Below are positions 21,442 through 26,233 of a stretch of DNA of 26,233 bases, one piece after another (positions within the stretch are counted from its first letter, which is position 1; each line of letters starts with the position of its first letter). A model generated the notes under the pieces. It was not told the origin of the DNA, did no database searches, and was given only the letters and a program-made list of their open reading frames with translations. The position numbers were made by a program, and so were the translations under genes. Origin of the DNA: Spirochaetota bacterium (GTDB lineage: Bacteria > Spirochaetota > UBA4802 > JAFGDQ01); contig JAZDKB010000037.1 of the NCBI GenBank assembly GCA_043803405.1, positions 1 through 26,233 on the forward strand, given 5' to 3'.

Positions 21442-22440
21442 TTATTTTAATGAGATATCTAGCATTTTTGCCCCGAAATTGACCATGGAGATGTCTTCTT
21501 CTTGGATTGTCTTGGCAATACCATCCTCGCGCTTCATACTGCCGCTCCGGACAATACCTGCCATCTCCCATGCATATGGATGGAAATTGAATCTTTTTCG
21601 ATGCAAATAATTTGCAAGTGCATTTAAAACGCAATTACTGGAATTCGGGTCCGTATCTAAAGGCTCTTCCCATCCGAGCGATTTAATAAATTTCAGAATA
21701 GCTTTTTCATCATATTCAAAAAATGCAAGAGGATGAATATTAATAGGCCATCTTTTCTTATCTATATTATTCAGATCATTATCTGATAAAAAATAAGAAC
21801 TCAATTCTCTGCAATTTTCCAGTATAGGGTCTCTTGTGGTTTTATGACTTATATTTTGAAGTCTGGGGCTTGTTTGCATAATCGCAGATGTAATCGGAGC
21901 TTGCCCTGGCGTCCAACCATATGCAACAAGCGGAATATTCTTTTCGATAGCTGTTTTTAAAACTAAAGATTTAACATGGCTGATGCATGTTGTACACAGT
22001 GAGCTTGCCCGATCCAATGTTTTAGCGTTATATAAATCTTTTGTTGCTGCAATCTTAAAAATTTTCTTCATTTTTTGGAAGGACGGTCTTATTATTAAAC
22101 TTGTTGCTTTGCAAAGATCCGTCATCCGGATAATATTTTCCATTGCCTTTTCGGAAATAAATCCATTATCAAAAGTTAAGGCTAATATATTAAGATTATA
22201 TTTATCTGCAAGTTTATACATAGTATAAGTGGAATCTTTACCGCCACTAAAAGCCATAATGACATCATAATCGTATTTGCCTTTTACGCTTTCTAAAAGT
22301 TCTTCAAATTTTTTTGTATATTCACGCTTTTTCTGATCATCCGGCAGCTGTATATGCAGGCAGTAATTACATTTTCCGTCTTTATCGAATTCTATTCCCG
22401 GGAATGTATCCGGCAGCACACAATTGGAGCAAAATTTCAT
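21442..22440 (-). CDS. Cys-rich PP-loop (N-type) ATP pyrophosphatase, N-acetyl-sugar amidotransferase (WbuX/WbpG)-like
   Basis: CSNCVLPDTFPGIEFDKDGKCNYC N-terminus, YDVIMAFSGGKDSTY PP-loop, TFDNGF, CTTC, SSNC. ATG at 22440 has an AAGGAG SD (the track's start at 22446 is a TTG). Confidence 0.85.
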   Translation of the reverse strand: MKFCSNCVLPDTFPGIEFDKDGKCNYCLHIQLPDDQKKREYTKKFEELLESVKGKYDYDVIMAFSGGKDSTYTMYKLADKYNLNILALTFDNGFISEKAMENIIRMTDLCKATSLIIRPSFQKMKKIFKIAATKDLYNAKTLDRASSLCTTCISHVKSLVLKTAIEKNIPLVAYGWTPGQAPITSAIMQTSPRLQNISHKTTRDPILENCRELSSYFLSDNDLNNIDKKRWPINIHPLAFFEYDEKAILKFIKSLGWEEPLDTDPNSSNCVLNALANYLHRKRFNFHPYAWEMAGIVRSGSMKREDGIAKTIQEEDISMVNFGAKMLDISLK

Positions 22441-22490
22441 AAACAACTCCTTTATATCCTCAACATATAAAATCTGAGATTAATTATCTT

Positions 22491-22742
22491 TTAATTAACA
22501 TCTTTTATTTTTAAATATTTTACAATATTATCTATACTATCTAAATTTTCCGGAATTAATTCTTCATCCTCAATTTTTATTGAATATTTCTCTTCAAGGA
22601 ACATAACAAGCTCTAAAACACCGGTTGAATCTATTATACCGCTATCCAGCAAAGACTGATTTGTCAGTAAATTTATTTCACTGCGGCCTATAATAAAATT
22701 TTCTTTAATAAAATTAATTATTGTTTCTTGAACGCTTTGCAT
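22491..22742 (-). CDS. Stand-alone acyl/aminoacyl carrier protein
   Basis: 83 aa, acidic; LLDSGIIDSTGVLELVMFLEEKY (phosphopantetheine Ser in DS) and PENLDSI, the pattern of DltC-like free carriers. Confidence 0.92.
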   Translation of the reverse strand: MQSVQETIINFIKENFIIGRSEINLLTNQSLLDSGIIDSTGVLELVMFLEEKYSIKIEDEELIPENLDSIDNIVKYLKIKDVN

Positions 22743-22821
22743 ATATCTTCCCTTTGCATTATAAATTTACCGAGTCAACAACATGGGGTATTTCTTTTAA
22801 TACAGATTTAATGTTATAACT

Positions 22822-22850
22822 ATAAATAATTGTAATATAGCTGATGTCAA
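22822..22850 (-). promoter_or_regulatory. Candidate sigma70 promoter for the ACP operon
   Basis: Minus strand TTGACA (22850-22845), N16, TATTTAT; about 80 nt upstream of the ACP ATG. Confidence 0.4.
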
Positions 22851-23243
22851 GTAAAAGTTATTAATCAAGTTAGCATAAAAATATTATACTACATTCTATG
22901 GAACTGAAATTTTGTTTTCAATGAAATAATGCTGCAGCAATTGCATCGATAGTATGCCAACCAGCGACGTATCATCACGTTCGCCAATATTCTCATCATC
23001 TGTTAATTTTAAATTATTTTTCGTTTTCCGGCAACATCAAAGCCAAAATAGCTATAATTATCGATATGCATTGATGAAGCATTATTAGCCGAATAATATA
23101 TTACTTTTCCCTAATTATTAGTATATCATTTGATTTATTTCTTTATTAAATTAGCAAAATTTCTGTTTTGTAAAATGAGAGGCTGAGAATTCACGTTTTA
23201 TTTTCGATATAGGAGTAAAATGATAATTTGCACTTTATAGTGT

Positions 23244-23276
23244 TATCCGCGGACGATGATGTTGTGTCCGCGGATA
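23244..23276 (-). terminator. GC-rich stem-loop just after the OMP gene (terminator or 3' stabiliser)
   Basis: Perfect 11-bp stem TATCCGCGGAC/GTCCGCGGATA with an 11-nt loop, 10 nt after the stop codon; no strong U tract. Confidence 0.6.
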
Positions 23277-23286
23277 CTATTGAATG

Positions 23287-23925
23287 CTAATAATTCGACC
23301 CTATTGCTCTGAATCCAACGCCAACATAAAAAGCAATATCGTACGCGTTTTTCGGATCAGCTTTTAAAGTAATATTATTAAGTTCAGTTTCAGAGAATTG
23401 TTTATTGGTAAGGTTCCATCCAAATCTGCCTTCAAGGTCCAGGAACACGCCTTCTCCAACCGGAACATGATATCCAAGAATGCCGTTAGCCCATAAGTCG
23501 ATTTTTTTCTTAGGTTTTGAACCATCATTATCGCTTTCTGCAGCTATTAAGTACTTCCCTGACACTCCGGCTCCAACATAAAGACCGCCAACAGCGGCAA
23601 CTTTAGCCGATACCATAGGTAAAATAAACTGATATGCTGGATTTTTTTCATTATCAAGATCCAATTTAGTGTATTGATATTCCATTCCGAATCCCAGCCA
23701 AAAACCGCTAAAATTTAAATTATATTCACCCTGTAAAGCAAATCCTTTTAATTCCGCATCATCCGGTTTATTACCGTCTTTTTCTTTAAAAGTAGCTGTA
23801 TATACAGGTATATAACCTGCTTTTACAAAAATAACATCCTGCGTCATATACTGCGCGTTTGCTCCTAATGAAAAAGCTGCAACAAACGCAAAAACAGCTA
23901 AAACTGAAAATAGTTTACGTTTCAT
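23287..23925 (-). CDS. Outer-membrane beta-barrel protein (small, about 8-stranded)
   Basis: AAGGAGG SD; signal peptide ending in ANA; alternating amphipathic strands FWLGFGMEYQY, LYVGAGV, VFLDLEGRFGW, IAFYVGVGFR. Confidence 0.8.
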   Translation of the reverse strand: MKRKLFSVLAVFAFVAAFSLGANAQYMTQDVIFVKAGYIPVYTATFKEKDGNKPDDAELKGFALQGEYNLNFSGFWLGFGMEYQYTKLDLDNEKNPAYQFILPMVSAKVAAVGGLYVGAGVSGKYLIAAESDNDGSKPKKKIDLWANGILGYHVPVGEGVFLDLEGRFGWNLTNKQFSETELNNITLKADPKNAYDIAFYVGVGFRAIGSNY

Positions 23926-23993
23926 AAAATATCCTCCTTATTTATTATTGAATTAAGTAAAATCATAATCCTAAAAAAAAGCAAGTTTTTTAA

Positions 23994-26165
23994 TTATAAA
24001 AATTCTTTTAAAAATCCCTCTATTGCCGGGTTTACTTTATTGGTGTCATCACCCATAATGATAACATGGTTATCGCTGTTTATTGTTACATATTCTTTAT
24101 CTTCAGAACCGATTTTATTAAAAATTTCCCTGCCGCTTTCCGGATTTACAACAGGATCATTATTGCTTTGAATTACAAGAGCCGGGATTTGTAAATTCGC
24201 CAGGTTTTTTTCAACCATTTTCATCAATTTTTCCAGTTCCCAAATCCCATTAACCGGATTTTTAAAATAATTTATATGCGGGTTCTGTGGCTCATTTTCA
24301 ACAAATTCAAATTTACCTTTTTTAATATTAGCTTTTTTTAGAAGTTTATTCCACTTCACTACCGAAGATGCAAAATTGGATGCAATATTCGCAAGTTTTA
24401 AAGGCGCACAAATAGATATTGCACAATTAAAATCATCCTGATGATTGGCGGCATGAAGCATTGCAAGTCCGGCTCCGGTTGAAAAGCCTATAATAGCCAT
24501 ATTGTTTACGTAGTTCGTCAATACTACATATCCCCTCCTGACCGATTTCAGCCAGTCCATCCATGTTCTTGTGGCAAGATCGCCCGGAGAAGTGCCATGA
24601 CCACGCAGCCGGACCCCATAAACAGTATACCCTGATTTATATAAAAATTTTGCTAATTCCCTGACCTCTGCAGGAGCGGACAGGTACCCATGTATAAGCA
24701 AAACGCCTTTATTAGACAGCGGTCTTCGTAAAAAAAACGGCTGCCCTATACGCTTTGGCTTACTATCCTTTTGATCGAAAAAATTGTTATAATCACGTTC
24801 AAAGAGTTCTCTATCCCATTTTAAAAATGTATTTCGAATTCTGCTTTTTATAATAAAATCCGGCAATATCATAATATTATTAATTGCTTTAACAAGATTC
24901 CCGAGTGGCTCAATCTCATTCTTCAGTACTTCGGCAATATTATCTTTTCTTATTGTGTGAAATTCATAAGGCCGCGAAAACTTTTCCTTTTTCCTGTAAA
25001 TATATTGTTTATCTGTAGTAATTAACGATTCTTCTTCCAGTGCCGATATAAAATTCTGCATCTTGTCATTATCTTCATCTATAAGGAGTGAATTCTGTTT
25101 GCGATTTAAAAAAGAATGATTATATTTCAACTGGTTTTTTATTGTACTGATAGCTAAAAAAGCCCTGTTTCTTAAATCCCTCTTCGATATTTTGTTGGAT
25201 TTATATTTTAATAACATATAAGATAATATATGATCATGGTTTACTGTTGTCATGTTATATATGGAATTCATATAAATATACATCAACTGCATGCTTTCGT
25301 TTCGAAATTTAAGATTGCCTTTTATTTCTTCGTCAGTTAAATATAAATTATTATTTTGAATTAATTTAACAATTTTCTGCTTATTCAATAAAGTATTAAT
25401 TGGAATAGCCTTTCCGAAATTAATATCAATATCCACACCTTCGGTAAGCATTGATCCTTCCACTTCCAGTTCTTCCACAAGTCTTTCCGGCATATTCTCG
25501 ACCAGCCTGGCAGCGACCTTATTAATTAAATTTTTCCTGGCTCTTATAGGATAATATGTTACATTAACCGGAAGTATATGGGTTTCAAAATTGATCACAT
25601 CCTTAATCTTTTTCGTGGGATCAATCCCAAAATAATTACAATAAGCATTAATGCCTTCTGAAAAACCGATTTCATAAAAATATTTTAATTTCTGACGGTA
25701 AAATTCCGTTCTAAGCGCAAGTATTGCAGCTCCTGTATGAGGCGGCCTTCTGATGCCGGAGTTATAAACCATGTACTTGCCTTTCTCAATTATCTTCTTA
25801 TCCTTTACCATTTGCCCTTCAGGAAAAATTAAACACGACATATCTTTTTTAATCAAGGCAGACGTCATAATTCGGTCCCTGTCCGGAGAATCTGTTGACA
25901 CAGCCCCAACTTTTTCCAGATAGTTGCCGAATCCTCCGCCAAAAAATTCTCCCGATGCAAGCGACAGTATTTCAACACCTGTAATTTTATAAATAATATA
26001 CGGCAGGAAAAAAGTTTCCATACGCGTAAAATGGTTAATAACATAAAGAATCGGCTGATCCAGTATGTTTTCCTTCCCGCATGTCCTGATTTCGGCCTTG
26101 GTAAATTTCATTAATGCATTGATTGCCATGCCGGATAATTTAAAAAGAAAAGGCGACTTAACCAT
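23994..26165 (-). CDS. Fusion of a PlsC/GPAT-type glycerolipid acyltransferase and an alpha/beta-hydrolase carboxylesterase/lipase
   Basis: N-terminal NHFTRMET (HxxxxE variant of HxxxxD) and IFPEG. C-terminal LLIHG, RLRGHGT, GFSTG (GxSxG), NDPVV and DNHV (Ser-Asp-His triad). Confidence 0.88.
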   Translation of the reverse strand: MVKSPFLFKLSGMAINALMKFTKAEIRTCGKENILDQPILYVINHFTRMETFFLPYIIYKITGVEILSLASGEFFGGGFGNYLEKVGAVSTDSPDRDRIMTSALIKKDMSCLIFPEGQMVKDKKIIEKGKYMVYNSGIRRPPHTGAAILALRTEFYRQKLKYFYEIGFSEGINAYCNYFGIDPTKKIKDVINFETHILPVNVTYYPIRARKNLINKVAARLVENMPERLVEELEVEGSMLTEGVDIDINFGKAIPINTLLNKQKIVKLIQNNNLYLTDEEIKGNLKFRNESMQLMYIYMNSIYNMTTVNHDHILSYMLLKYKSNKISKRDLRNRAFLAISTIKNQLKYNHSFLNRKQNSLLIDEDNDKMQNFISALEEESLITTDKQYIYRKKEKFSRPYEFHTIRKDNIAEVLKNEIEPLGNLVKAINNIMILPDFIIKSRIRNTFLKWDRELFERDYNNFFDQKDSKPKRIGQPFFLRRPLSNKGVLLIHGYLSAPAEVRELAKFLYKSGYTVYGVRLRGHGTSPGDLATRTWMDWLKSVRRGYVVLTNYVNNMAIIGFSTGAGLAMLHAANHQDDFNCAISICAPLKLANIASNFASSVVKWNKLLKKANIKKGKFEFVENEPQNPHINYFKNPVNGIWELEKLMKMVEKNLANLQIPALVIQSNNDPVVNPESGREIFNKIGSEDKEYVTINSDNHVIIMGDDTNKVNPAIEGFLKEFL

Positions 26166-26233
26166 ATTCCCGTTCCCCCGAAATACTTACAAAAATCTAT
26201 TTATAAATTATAATATTAATATTTATTATTAAT

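Noticed and set aside
2087..22228. Remaining 60-140 aa track ORFs overlapping larger genes
   Set aside because: Antisense or alternate-frame shadows with no recognisable motifs.
21442..22440. QueC or tRNA thiolase call
   Set aside because: It shares only the PP-loop; the N-terminal CxxC...FD..G.CxxC pattern and ACP context fit the sugar amidotransferase-like group better.
22890..23085. Possible gene remnant in the ACP-OMP intergenic region
   Set aside because: Only short broken frames on the - strand with no identifiable homology; a pseudogene call would need a tblastx search.

Overview
AT-rich bacterial chromosomal window. Spirochaete-type lipoprotein signals weakly suggest a free-living Spirochaetota-like organism (inference). 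It reads as a surface-glycan/exopolysaccharide modification region. A + strand run (1590-12364) encodes two GT2 glycosyltransferases, an unusual 1893-aa NRPS-like protein, a hexapeptide acyltransferase, a CE4 polysaccharide deacetylase and alanine racemase. The NRPS-like protein has the layout degenerate C - Gly-like A - dead KR - T - Cys-nucleophile TE. A separate - strand operon (22742-18912) encodes a free carrier protein, a Cys-rich PP-loop ATP pyrophosphatase/amidotransferase, an AMP-ligase and a divergent HemK/PrmC-like methyltransferase. Three exported, probably carbohydrate-active proteins flank these: a PKD/beta-helix lipoprotein missed by the ORF track, a 4xFN3 plus SGNH-like lipoprotein and a clan GH-A-like hydrolase. 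Also present are an orphan ECF sigma factor, an outer-membrane beta-barrel and an acyltransferase-esterase fusion. The most interesting hypothesis is that both carrier-protein systems aminoacylate or amidate a glycan rather than make a classical peptide natural product. No rRNA, tRNA, CRISPR, transposase or integrase was recognised.
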